Shown here in pieces: positions 9,736-18,748 of a DNA stretch of 64,000 bases. Positions within the stretch are counted from its first letter, which is position 1; each line of letters begins with the position of its first letter. This DNA is from an uncultured Ignavibacteriales bacterium. GTDB taxonomy: Bacteria; Zixibacteria; MSB-5A5; GN15; FEB-12. The notes under the pieces are model-generated. The model worked only from the letters and a program-made list of their open reading frames with translations, was not told the DNA's origin and made no database searches. The translations under genes were made by a program, and so were the position numbers. The stretch covers positions 8,555 through 72,554 of the forward strand of contig CAYQDB010000003.1 of the NCBI GenBank assembly GCA_964416195.1, written 5' to 3'.

Positions 9736-10222
9736 TTAGCGTTTCACTTCAGGCAGCCGTTTATTCATCTCTGCTGAGTAATGGGCGTTCGGGCCAACGA
9801 GCAGAGCTATGATATTTCCAAGCAACCCATTGATTGGCTGTCAAATAGGCGCAACACATCAAGTATTACATTAGCAGTGAAGTAACCACATGTAGCCGGC
9901 ATCGAGGCGAACAGGCAATCCTTTAGGGTCTGTTCAATTAATTAGTTTTCCTGATTTCGTCTTTAGGAAATCTTTATGAAAAAAAGGGGGTATCTTGACT
10001 GATGGATTATGGGCATATGCTTATAATGCGTCGGCAATGATTATGTTAGGAGGTAACAGGGTTGGTCAGTCCGAGATATCCTGGACGAGTAGGAAGGCTG
10101 CCCAGGAAAAGCCGTGAAAACGCTGTTTGTTTGTAAGGTGCTGTGAATAGAAGGGGGTGAAATCGAGATGGCAGAAATGAATATGTACATGGAGAATGAT
10201 TAGGCCATAAAGGAGATAGGCG

Positions 10223-10438
10223 ATGGCAGAGATGAATAAACAACGGTATGGACCAAGTGGATACTGTATCTGCCCGAAGTGTGGTTACAGAAAACCCCAC
10301 GGGAGGGGTGTCCCCTGTCAGGAAGAGCGCTGTCCTAAGTGCAGAGGTAAGATGGTTCGGGAAGGTGGCCTGCACCACATACAGATCATGGAAGGACAGA
10401 AAAAAGCCGCACAGCGGAAGAATAAAAACGGTGAGTGA
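10223..10438 (+). CDS. small zinc-ribbon protein (CxxC...CxxC)
   Basis: 71 aa with [30 protein letters not shown]. Good SD (aaaggag) upstream. Confidence 0.55.
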   Translation: MAEMNKQRYGPSGYCICPKCGYRKPHGRGVPCQEERCPKCRGKMVREGGLHHIQIMEGQKKAAQRKNKNGE

Positions 10439-10559
10439 TTTGTGAAGCTGTTGCCTAAAGGATCAGAAGATCGAATCAAACGGGCGGGACTTGCTATCGT
10501 TTCTGTTGAGATGTACCTTGAGAAAGTTACATGGAACCGTGTACCGGAGGCTATAGCAA

Positions 10560-11045
10560 TTGCAGGAGATTCAGTATCGACCGATAGGCATCATACATTC
10601 GCCATTCCAACAACCCCACGGGGCGCCGATCCAGCCGCGAGCAGCAGAGGGTGTCCAAGGCACGGTTGAAGTGTTCGATGAATTCAAGGAGGGACTGGCC
10701 GACCTCGATGGCTTCTCACACATCATTCTGGTTTACCATCTCCACTTGTCGGATGGCTATGCGCTAAAAGTGAAGCCGTTTCTCGATGATACTCGTCGCG
10801 GCCTTTTTGCTACCCGCGCCCCTCGGCGACCGAACCCGATCGGCATTTCTGTTGTTCCTCTCAGGAAGATAGACGGCGACACGCTGTACATAACAAATGT
10901 GGACATAATTGAAGGCACGCCGCTGCTGGATATCAAGCCGTACGTTCCTGAGTTCGACAGGGAGGTAGACATACGGGTTGGATGGCTTACGGGCAAATCC
11001 CACCGTGTCAAAGACACGTTTTCCGATGACCGGTTCAAGAAGTGA
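10560..11045 (+). CDS. trmO: tRNA (t6A37-N6)-methyltransferase TrmO (YaeB/TsaA-like)
   Basis: IGIIHSPF, FSHIILVYHLH, RRPNPIGISVV and GTPLLDIKPYVPEFD motifs. TTG start with GGAGG 9 nt upstream. Confidence 0.8.
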   Translation: MQEIQYRPIGIIHSPFQQPHGAPIQPRAAEGVQGTVEVFDEFKEGLADLDGFSHIILVYHLHLSDGYALKVKPFLDDTRRGLFATRAPRRPNPIGISVVPLRKIDGDTLYITNVDIIEGTPLLDIKPYVPEFDREVDIRVGWLTGKSHRVKDTFSDDRFKK

Positions 11046-11088
11046 GGATGGCTGAGCGATCGGCGACAGCCTCGATAGGGCTTGATGG

Positions 11089-12027
11089 GTGATGATTGTT
11101 TACACGGACAGTATCGAGTACGCTGAACAAGTTCTCTCGCCAGGGCTGTCCTGGGAGATGGCATCCCCGGCATCTGCCAGAAAAGAGGTCAAGAGCCTGG
11201 TGTCTAACCTCTTTTGCACCAGCTCCCTTGCCGTGTCCGCTGTAGATTGGAATCAGGTTTGGAAATACCTGTTCATTGTCAAGTCTGCTCCTGAGTCCCA
11301 GTACGATGCGCTGATCGAGCTGGCACGGTCGGAATGGCAGCTTCCGAACGGGGTGCTCTGCCTGGCCGGTTCGGGAAGTAAGCTGCATGGGTACAAAAAC
11401 AGGCCCTGGGTCAGCCTGGCTGGAAACATTCACCTGTCAGCTTACCTAACGCCTCAACAGAAAGTGGACCATTTTGGCGTTGGATTTACCATGCTATCCG
11501 CGGTCTCGGTGATTGAAACCATTGATTCCATTGCAGGCCTACAGCGAGAAGCATCCGTCAAGTGGGTAAATGATATACTGATTGAGAATGCCAAGGTATC
11601 GGGTGTGTTAGCCCAGACGCAGAGCCAGGGGGAGGTCGTGACCGGCGCCGTTTTAGGGATCGGCCTCAACGTTGAGGTCACTCCCCACATCGAGCGCGAT
11701 CCCTTCGTACCCAGGGTCGCTTCGCTGAGAGATTTTGTACAGGATGCGAATGAGTGCAATCAGAGAATGGCGTTTAATAAGCTAGCGTATATCCTGAATA
11801 AGAACTACCGACTCCTCTTGGGTGGGCACTATAGTCGGTTGCTTGATTTCTACCGGGAAAGGTCATTGGTTGTCGGCAGAAAAGTGAGCATTTACCCTGA
11901 TTCTTCTGATGGTTCCTGCCATGAAGTAGTTTACGGCACTGTCGTTTCGATCGGTGAAAACCTGGAACTGTACCTTGAAGGTATCGACACGCCTGTTTCC
12001 AGAGGCAGGTTGGTGTTACAAACTTGA
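11089..12027 (+). CDS. biotin--protein ligase-like (BPL/LplA family) with divergent biotin loop
   Basis: KWVNDILIENAKVSGVLAQT and GIGLNV match BirA. The GRGRxGRxW loop is replaced by GSGSKLHGYKNRPW. Start is GTG 11089 or ATG 11092. Confidence 0.65.
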   Translation: MMIVYTDSIEYAEQVLSPGLSWEMASPASARKEVKSLVSNLFCTSSLAVSAVDWNQVWKYLFIVKSAPESQYDALIELARSEWQLPNGVLCLAGSGSKLHGYKNRPWVSLAGNIHLSAYLTPQQKVDHFGVGFTMLSAVSVIETIDSIAGLQREASVKWVNDILIENAKVSGVLAQTQSQGEVVTGAVLGIGLNVEVTPHIERDPFVPRVASLRDFVQDANECNQRMAFNKLAYILNKNYRLLLGGHYSRLLDFYRERSLVVGRKVSIYPDSSDGSCHEVVYGTVVSIGENLELYLEGIDTPVSRGRLVLQT

Positions 12028-12142
12028 ATTACCGCTTCATGGTTTGGTAGGTGGAGTTCTCAGTGGCAAAACCCTGCAGCAGTGGGTTCGACCTCGCGTG
12101 TTGCCGTGCATGAGATTTAGTGTACATGCTGCCTGTTTCACG

Positions 12143-12166
12143 AAAAAGGCGCCCGTGGGGACGCCT
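12143..12166 (-). terminator. rho-independent terminator of the S41 protease gene
   Basis: The minus strand reads aggcgtcc-ccac-gggcgcct followed by ttttt, about 30 nt downstream of the stop at 12194. Confidence 0.55.
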
Positions 12167-12193
12167 CGAATGAACCCGGGAAGCATAAAGTGC

Positions 12194-14005
12194 TTAATTC
12201 AACTCTGCTTTTTTCTGCCCCCGTGAAATCAACTCTGAGTATTCGCCGGGAGTGGTGAGAATCTCAACTGCCTTCAAAATGGCCTTATCGGTTTTAAGAA
12301 CCACATTTTCATAGACACCTCGTTGACCGGCAATGGCCGCGACCACCTCGCGCTTGATCGTCTTTCTGATGTAATCGAGAGAGCGGTTGAAATCCTGGGC
12401 CTTCTCCAACTTCACAAGCTTCTGGAGACTGTCAATCATTCCTGTGAAGAGGCTGTCATTACCCTCGGAAGTGATGGATTCCTGAAGTTCTTCCATGGCG
12501 GCCTCAAGTGTAGACTTATAGTCGAACTCTCTATCCTTGATATACTGTCTGAACTCTTCGACTATCTCGTCGGTGATTTCAAGACTTGGTTTCACTTCAG
12601 GATATTCGGCAACATACTTCACGGCGAAATCGAAAAACATTGACTGCCGCCAGAGGTTGATATCAATAGGTTTCCAGGTCTCACGCTCAATCTCAATGTC
12701 CGGTACAATTCCACCGCCACCGTAGACAACCCGACCGCCATTAGTGTAGTAGATTTCCTGCTGGGGCGGCACTGTGAGCGAGTCGCTCTCTTCGGTGCCC
12801 TCTTGGGCTTCGGGAGGAGGAGTCTTGCTCTTTTTGTTCTGATTCTCCGGCTTTTGGATGCAGCGTCCGGAGGGGACGTAGTACTTGGCAGTGGTTAGTT
12901 TCAGTGCCATGCTGCCATCACTCGATAGCGGGAATATCTGTTGAACGAGACCCTTCCCATAGGTGGCATTGCCGAGAATAAGGCCTCGGTCCCAATCCTG
13001 TATTGCTCCGGAGACAATTTCCGAGGCTGAGGCAGTGCCCTCATCAACCAGAACGATTAACGGCTTGTCCGGGAACAAAGGAGGGCGCTCCGACGAATAG
13101 TGGCGTTCAGTGTTTTCCCATCGGCCCCTGGTGTAAACGATTTCACTGCCCTGCTCCAAAAATAACTCGGAGGTTTCCTTGGCCTGGTCAAGAAGTCCGC
13201 CACCGTTGGAGCGGAGATCGAATACCATAGCTGAGATATTTTGATCATTGAGAGAGCTAATAGCTTCTCGCAGTTCGTGACTTGTCTCTTCAGCAAAACG
13301 GGAAAGGCGCACATAACCGATATTGGTACTGGGAATAATGCCGTAATAATTGACCGACTTTAACTCAATGAGAGCCCGCTCAATTTCAAATTCTATCGGA
13401 TCCTTGATACCGGTTCTTTTGATTTTAAGTATTATCGAGGTACCCGCCTTACCGCGCATCAGCTTGGAGGCTTCCGAGGCGGTCATCCCTTCGGTTGACT
13501 GGCCCTCAATTTCCCAGACGACATCGCCGGCCTTGAGTCCCTTTCGATAGGCTGGTGTTCCTTCTATAGGGGCAATGATACGAATCCGGTTATCGCGGGC
13601 GTCAATCTGCATTCCCAGCCCTTCGTACTTCCCGTGCGTGGACTCCATGAGGGCATCATAGGTGGATTTCTCCATCAGTGTCGAGAACCGATCGAGATCG
13701 CTCAGCATACCTTTGATACCAGCCTTGATGATCTCCCCGGTGTTGACTTCCTCCATGTACTGGTTCCTGATGTTAAAGGCTGTCTGTGTTAGTTTCTTGA
13801 CATCTCTGAGGAATGAATCCCGCTTATTGGCCTGTTCTTCTTGCTCGGATGAACCGGCTTCGAGGTTTATGTGAACGGTGTCAGCCCAGAGAACAGGCTC
13901 ATCAGAGTTGGAGTTCTGGGTGGCTTCACCGGAACCGACAAACCAGATTGTCGCGAGTGCAAAGAGGGTAATACCAAAGAGCTGAAGTGTATAGCGAACC
14001 ATCAA
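12194..14005 (-). CDS. S41 family C-terminal processing (tail-specific) peptidase with PDZ domain
   Basis: 603 aa. N-terminal signal anchor, PDZ segment (GLKAGDVVWEIEG), DLRSNGGGLL and TASASEIVSGA motifs. Confidence 0.85.
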   Translation of the reverse strand: MMVRYTLQLFGITLFALATIWFVGSGEATQNSNSDEPVLWADTVHINLEAGSSEQEEQANKRDSFLRDVKKLTQTAFNIRNQYMEEVNTGEIIKAGIKGMLSDLDRFSTLMEKSTYDALMESTHGKYEGLGMQIDARDNRIRIIAPIEGTPAYRKGLKAGDVVWEIEGQSTEGMTASEASKLMRGKAGTSIILKIKRTGIKDPIEFEIERALIELKSVNYYGIIPSTNIGYVRLSRFAEETSHELREAISSLNDQNISAMVFDLRSNGGGLLDQAKETSELFLEQGSEIVYTRGRWENTERHYSSERPPLFPDKPLIVLVDEGTASASEIVSGAIQDWDRGLILGNATYGKGLVQQIFPLSSDGSMALKLTTAKYYVPSGRCIQKPENQNKKSKTPPPEAQEGTEESDSLTVPPQQEIYYTNGGRVVYGGGGIVPDIEIERETWKPIDINLWRQSMFFDFAVKYVAEYPEVKPSLEITDEIVEEFRQYIKDREFDYKSTLEAAMEELQESITSEGNDSLFTGMIDSLQKLVKLEKAQDFNRSLDYIRKTIKREVVAAIAGQRGVYENVVLKTDKAILKAVEILTTPGEYSELISRGQKKAELN

Positions 14006-14349
14006 GGCCTCCAGTCATGTTATAATAGCACTGAGTATAATGTAACCGCCATTCTCAACTTGTCAAGCCCGGCGGGATTTGTATCTTCAGACGTATCCAC
14101 TTGCCAATTATACGTTTATCATATTCGTTTAGTTGCCATGCCCGCGACTGATAAGTAGAAAAAATGAATAACTCATTGTACATTTAACAGTTAGGTCATT
14201 ATTTTCATGGCAGCCAGTAACTTTTTTGAGACTGGGTCCGTTAGCAATATTGGGACGATGATGTTAACTTGTTTGGTTACATCGGGATGGTTCTGTAAAT
14301 CCGCCACAAGGAAAGGGGAAATAGTGCGCTTTTTGAACAGGGGGCGCTT

Positions 14350-15135
14350 GTGCCCAAGATAGATGGTCGGTCACTGCCGTACAACCTTTTCTTGCACCTC
14401 CTACTGCCCGGGCTGGGACATCTCCTGTGGCGCGAGTATCTGTTTGGCATTTTTATCTTCCTGGTGACGTTATTGGCGTCGGTTCTCTTCATTGTCTCGC
14501 TTTTCATACATCTTCCAGTGGGAGTGAAGCTGGTCTTGTACGCTCTGCCTCTGTTGTTCTATGCTTTTACGTTTCTTGATCTGGTGCGCACAGTCAAAGA
14601 CAGGCGGCAGAAAATAACACCTGGCCGCAAGATAATCATCATTATCCTACTGCTGGGAGTGGCCTACCAGTTTTTATCCCCGATTGCGCCACTCAATTTC
14701 TCTTTGAGAAACTTCCCGGAGATATTCATTCAAAAGGATAATCGCCTCAGTCCTCTATATTCTGAGGGTGATTTGCTGAAGGCGAGTCGGCTTTCATACA
14801 TGGTTGATGTGTTTGTCGTTAACAGACCCATTGTGCACGCTCTGCCGCAGAGGTATGACATCGTCAGGTTCTCTGACAGTTCCGGCAGACGCCTCAACGG
14901 TATCGTCGTCGGTCTTCCCGGAGAAGAGATTGAAATAGCGGGTGGCGTTGTTGTGGCCAACGGTTTGCCTGATTTCGGAGAAGCGCCGGGAGGAATTATT
15001 CTCTCTGGTGAGTGTCCGTTGACTTTGGTGGGGGCATACTCTATTTTGGTGGCGACATTGAACTTGGGCAGGATCGATGGGGTCCAAGAGGTACCCCTGA
15101 CGGATGTGATTGGAGAAATAGGCAGGCTTTTTTGA
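14350..15135 (+). CDS. membrane protein with signal-peptidase-I (S26)-like C-terminal domain, catalytic dyad not evident
   Basis: About four N-terminal TM helices. The C-terminal GDLLKASRLSY...RYDIVRF...NGIVVGLPGEEIEIAGGVVVANG parallels GD...V.K..Y...RGDIVVF...KR.IGLPGD.V...G....NG. GTG start. Confidence 0.45.
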   Translation: MPKIDGRSLPYNLFLHLLLPGLGHLLWREYLFGIFIFLVTLLASVLFIVSLFIHLPVGVKLVLYALPLLFYAFTFLDLVRTVKDRRQKITPGRKIIIIILLLGVAYQFLSPIAPLNFSLRNFPEIFIQKDNRLSPLYSEGDLLKASRLSYMVDVFVVNRPIVHALPQRYDIVRFSDSSGRRLNGIVVGLPGEEIEIAGGVVVANGLPDFGEAPGGIILSGECPLTLVGAYSILVATLNLGRIDGVQEVPLTDVIGEIGRLF

Positions 15136-15800
15136 CGCTCATTAAGAATCTGATCTTCGACCTTGACGGCACATTGATAGACTCGTCTGAAGGAGTGGTC
15201 GATGCAGTAAACTATTCCCTCAGACAGATGGGCCAACCCGAACAGAAGCCGGAGGCAATAAAAGCCTTCATCGGCTATCCACTGGAAAAGATGTATCCCC
15301 ACTTTACCGACGCATCCCTGGATGACCTCTGTACCCACTTCCAAGCGAAGGCGAATAAAACGGTTGTAACCTCCACACAGATGCTACCCGGTGTCGAAGA
15401 GACGCTTCGCCGGCTTGAAGAGTGTGGATACCGTATGGCCATAGCAACGACCAAGATTAGAGTCAATGTCGATGGGATACTTAAGAAGTTAGGATGGCAG
15501 AAAATCTTTCACGTGGCAACAGCCGGGGACGAAGTTGAGAAGGTCAAGCCTGACCCGGCTATATTCAGATTGACGCTGGAGCGTCTCAAGGCTGAGCCCC
15601 ACGAAACCTTGGTGGTTGGTGATACCGTCAATGATGTTCTCGCCGCAAGGGCGGTACCGATGAAGGTCGTCGCGGTGGCCTCGCCATATGGCGGCAGAAG
15701 GAGAGTAGCAGCTGTCGGTCCTGACTTTTTTATCGACTCGATAACGGAGCTCGTGGATCTGCTGGATAATCACAACAGGAGGAAACTGAAAAACCAGTGA
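15132..15800 (+). CDS. HAD-superfamily phosphatase (phosphoglycolate phosphatase-like)
   Basis: Motif I FDLDGTLIDS, ATTK, and VGDTVNDVLAA. TTG start at 15132 overlaps the upstream stop (TTGA). The track ORF start at 15012 lies inside the upstream gene. Confidence 0.75.
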   Translation: MTLIKNLIFDLDGTLIDSSEGVVDAVNYSLRQMGQPEQKPEAIKAFIGYPLEKMYPHFTDASLDDLCTHFQAKANKTVVTSTQMLPGVEETLRRLEECGYRMAIATTKIRVNVDGILKKLGWQKIFHVATAGDEVEKVKPDPAIFRLTLERLKAEPHETLVVGDTVNDVLAARAVPMKVVAVASPYGGRRRVAAVGPDFFIDSITELVDLLDNHNRRKLKNQ

Positions 15801-16297
15801 GAAAGCTTTACCTGCATTCGTTTGCTTCGAGGATTGGAACTATCCGCACAGTGGCCACCGATAAAGGCCTAGCGCTTGTATTTCTCCCCAGTGAGCCCAG
15901 GAAGCTCTTCGAAGGGAAGATCAAGAAGCTGTTCCCCGGATATGAGATCTCTGCCGGGGGAAAAATAAACAAGCAGGCGCAGAAGCAGCTTAACGCTTAT
16001 CTGGATGGTCGGCTCAGGAAGTTCACGTTGAAGCTTGACATTTACGCATCTCCTTTTCATAAGAAGGTGCTTAAGCGCGTTGCAAGAATCCCCTATGGGA
16101 AGATACTGACCTATGGCGAAGTTGCGCGTGCTATCGGGTATCCAAAGGCATATCGTGCGGTCGGTGCCGCCAATGCGCGAAATAACTTGCCGTTGGTAAT
16201 CCCTTGTCATCGCGTTGTAGCCTCGACCGGCCTTGGCGGCTATGGGGGAGGGCTTGAAATGAAGAAGAGGCTGTTGCGTCTGGAGGGAGCGCCATGA
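15797..16297 (+). CDS. ogt: methylated-DNA--protein-cysteine methyltransferase
   Basis: IPCHRVV active-site motif and YGEVARAIGYPKAYRAVGAANARN. GTG start overlaps the upstream stop. Confidence 0.85.
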   Translation: MRKLYLHSFASRIGTIRTVATDKGLALVFLPSEPRKLFEGKIKKLFPGYEISAGGKINKQAQKQLNAYLDGRLRKFTLKLDIYASPFHKKVLKRVARIPYGKILTYGEVARAIGYPKAYRAVGAANARNNLPLVIPCHRVVASTGLGGYGGGLEMKKRLLRLEGAP

Positions 16298-16339
16298 ACG
16301 ATTTTCCCATGTCGTGAGAGATGTTATCTGGCAAACACA

Positions 16340-16585
16340 AAGGCATGTCACCCTGAGCGGAGTCGAAGGACCCTGTCATCCTGCCTGACGGAGTGTCATG
16401 GTTCGACTCCGCTCACCATGACTATAAGAGAAAGAGTAGGTCGGGTTTCTCGGTCGTCCGCCTGAGGCGAGCTCCCTCGGAACGCCGACCTACGGGTCTT
16501 CCGTTTATATAGTCAAGCACACGTACTGTCTCCAGAAAGGTAGGTCGGGTTCCGATCCGCCTATTGCGGGGAGAAACCCGACATA
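16340..16585. repeat. cluster of dispersed hairpin repeats
   Basis: gagcggagtcga core; gtcatggt-tcgactccgctc-accatgac (8-bp stem); gtaggtcgg...ccgacctac (9-bp stem); gtcgggtt...aacccgac. Confidence 0.6.
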
Positions 16586-16690
16586 GTAACAGTAAAGGAC
16601 GCCCTGTTCCTAACCAGATTCGATTGACCCATCATCTCATTTTCGCTACATTGCTGTCAGAATGATATAACAACAAAACGGAGTTGAGCT

Positions 16691-17947
16691 ATGTCATATC
16701 TCAAACAAGTCGACCCGGAAATATACGATGCCATTATCAAAGAGACTGACCGCGAGGCCAGCAAATTGGAGTTGATTGCCTCCGAGAACTTCGTTTCTGA
16801 GGCGGTCCTGGAAGCGGCGGGCGGCGTCATGACCAACAAGTATGCAGAGGGTTACCCCGGCAAACGGTACTACGGAGGATGCGAGTTTGTCGATATTGCC
16901 GAGGACCTTGCCCGCGAACGGCTCAAGCAGTTGTTTGGCTGCGAGCACGCTAACGTTCAGCCGCACAGCGGCTCCCAGGCTAACATGGCAGTGTATTTTA
17001 CTGCCTTGAAGACGGGAGATAAGGTAATGGGGCTTGATCTCTCTCACGGCGGGCACCTCACTCATGGTCACCCGATCAACTTCTCCGGCTTCCTTTTCGA
17101 TTTCGTCAGTTACCAGGTCGACAAAGAAACCGAAGTTATCAACTATGACCGCCTGATTGAGCAGGCCAAAGAGGTCAAGCCGAAAATGATTGTCGCCGGT
17201 GCCTCGGCCTACCCGCGCTTCTGGGATTTCGATAAAGTCCGCGAGGCCTGCGACGTCTGCGGGGCGTACATGATGGTCGACATTGCCCACATTGCAGGCC
17301 TGATTGCAGCCGGTGTGCATCCATCGCCGATTCCGATGGCCGATTTTGTAACTTCCACGACTCATAAGACACTGCGAGGGCCGAGGGGCGGAGTGATTAT
17401 GTGCAAGGAGAAATATGCCGCCGATCTCGACCGCATGGTCATGCCCGGTATCCAGGGCGGACCGCTGATGCACATCATTGCGGCCAAGGCTGTCGCCTTC
17501 AAGGAAGCCTTGACGGATGAGTTCAAAGCGTATCAGAAACGCATCATAGAGAACGCCAAAGCTCTTGCTGAAGCTCTCAAGGGATACGGCTATCATATCG
17601 TCGCGGGTGGTACTGATACCCATCTGATGCTGGTGTCATTTATCGATGTCCCCAAACTCACCGGAAAGAAAGTCGAAAAGGCGCTGGATAAAGCCGGTAT
17701 CACGGTCAATAAAAACACCGTTCCGTTCGATCCCGAGAAGCCGTTTGTCACTTCCGGCATTCGGATTGGTACACCAGCCATCACAACACGTGGCATGGGG
17801 ATAGAAGAGATGAAGCAGATTGCGGATTTTATCCACCGCGGTATCCAGAACCGTCGCAACGATGAAGCTCTGGCCGAAATAGCCAAGGAAGTGGCGGCGT
17901 TGTGCGAAAAGTTTCCGCTCTATCCAGAGCGCTTACAGGAGGCGTAA
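16691..17947 (+). CDS. glyA: serine hydroxymethyltransferase
   Basis: 418 aa with full-length SHMT signature, including [13 protein letters not shown] (PLP lysine). Confidence 0.95.
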   Translation: MSYLKQVDPEIYDAIIKETDREASKLELIASENFVSEAVLEAAGGVMTNKYAEGYPGKRYYGGCEFVDIAEDLARERLKQLFGCEHANVQPHSGSQANMAVYFTALKTGDKVMGLDLSHGGHLTHGHPINFSGFLFDFVSYQVDKETEVINYDRLIEQAKEVKPKMIVAGASAYPRFWDFDKVREACDVCGAYMMVDIAHIAGLIAAGVHPSPIPMADFVTSTTHKTLRGPRGGVIMCKEKYAADLDRMVMPGIQGGPLMHIIAAKAVAFKEALTDEFKAYQKRIIENAKALAEALKGYGYHIVAGGTDTHLMLVSFIDVPKLTGKKVEKALDKAGITVNKNTVPFDPEKPFVTSGIRIGTPAITTRGMGIEEMKQIADFIHRGIQNRRNDEALAEIAKEVAALCEKFPLYPERLQEA

Positions 17948-17949
17948 CA

Positions 17950-18258
17950 ATGTTGTTTCAGTTAGCAATGTTTCCCACCAGTAAGGGGACGGTGTCGGTC
18001 TCGGCGGATGTCGCCAAAGTAATCGACATTATTGACAAGTCCGGCCTGCCCTACAAGCTGAGTGCCATGTCAACCGTAATCGAGGGCGACTGGGAGCCGG
18101 TGATGAAGGTTATCAATAAGGCGCGCCTGACGCTGCGCAAGAGGCACAACCGCATTTACATTGTGCTGACGATTGATGACCGCAAAGGAGCCAGAAACCG
18201 CCTGACCGGTAAGGTCAAGTCGATTGAAAACAAACTCAAGCGAGAGGTGAAAAAGTAA
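17950..18258 (+). CDS. MTH1187/YkoF-family (DUF77) thiamine-binding-like protein
   Basis: ATG at 17950, MLFQLAMFPTSKG...STVIEGDW, about 100 aa as typical of the family. Confidence 0.65.
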   Translation: MLFQLAMFPTSKGTVSVSADVAKVIDIIDKSGLPYKLSAMSTVIEGDWEPVMKVINKARLTLRKRHNRIYIVLTIDDRKGARNRLTGKVKSIENKLKREVKK

Positions 18259-18264
18259 TGGAAA

Positions 18265-18383
18265 TTGCTTTTTCTGTCGGTTCTTGCACGCCAAAGGCGG
18301 GTGTGAACCGACAGTTTGCCAGTTGGTCGTCAGGTCACATCCGCTTTCGCGGACAAGACCTGACGAAACTCAGGGAAAAAAGG
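18265..18383. repeat. 119-bp double-hairpin insertion between DUF77 gene and cutA, flanked by 30-nt junction duplication
   Basis: Flanks 18235-18264 and 18384-18413 match 28/30. Inside: ctgtcggttc...gaaccgacag (10-bp stem) and tcgtcaggtc...gacctgacga (10-bp stem with an inner tccgc/gcgga hairpin). Confidence 0.65.
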
Positions 18384-18406
18384 CTCAAGCGAGAGGTGAG
18401 GAAGTA

Positions 18407-18727
18407 ATGGAAACAGTGCGAGTAGTTTTTATCAGTATCCCGCGCGACGAGGCCAACAAACTGGCGCGCACCCTGGTGGAGAAACGTCTGGCCGCCTGTA
18501 TCAACATTGTACCCAAGATCGAGTCCTATTTCCGGTGGGTTAACAAAGTGGAGCATGACGAGGAGGCGCTTTTGATTGCCAAAACCACCCAGCAACGCAT
18601 CGACGAATTGATGCTCTATGTGCAAGCCAACCACCCCTACGAATTCCCCGAGGTAATATCATTGCCTTTATCCGAAGGCCTCCCCGACTACGTCGCCTGG
18701 GTGAAGAAGGAGACAAAACAGGGGTAG
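18407..18727 (+). CDS. cutA: divalent-cation tolerance protein CutA
   Basis: ATG at 18407. LAACINIVP.IESYFRW...EEALLIAKT...HPYEFPEVISLP matches the CutA1 family. Confidence 0.85.
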   Translation: METVRVVFISIPRDEANKLARTLVEKRLAACINIVPKIESYFRWVNKVEHDEEALLIAKTTQQRIDELMLYVQANHPYEFPEVISLPLSEGLPDYVAWVKKETKQG

Positions 18728-18748
18728 GGTGCACAGTTAGCGTGTCAA

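Noticed and set aside
9736-10222. Possible riboswitch or structured leader in the 490-bp gap before the zinc-ribbon gene
   Set aside because: I could not match it to any riboswitch core I know (TPP, SAM, cobalamin, FMN, glycine, c-di-GMP, fluoride, ZTP). Only the short 5'-end duplication and uORF are supported. A covariance-model scan (Rfam) would be needed.
15012-15131. Track start at 15012 for the HAD phosphatase ORF
   Set aside because: The first 40 codons overlap the 3' end of the upstream gene in another frame. The conserved motif I (FDLDGT) begins right after a TTG at 15132 that overlaps the upstream stop.
16694-17623. 309-aa minus-strand ORF in the track
   Set aside because: It lies entirely antisense to the unambiguous glyA gene and is a shadow ORF. 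The same reasoning applies to 61151..62083 (antisense to fliC), 30890..31603 (antisense to the HEAT gene), 55704..56363, 41812..42333 and the other long antisense ORFs.
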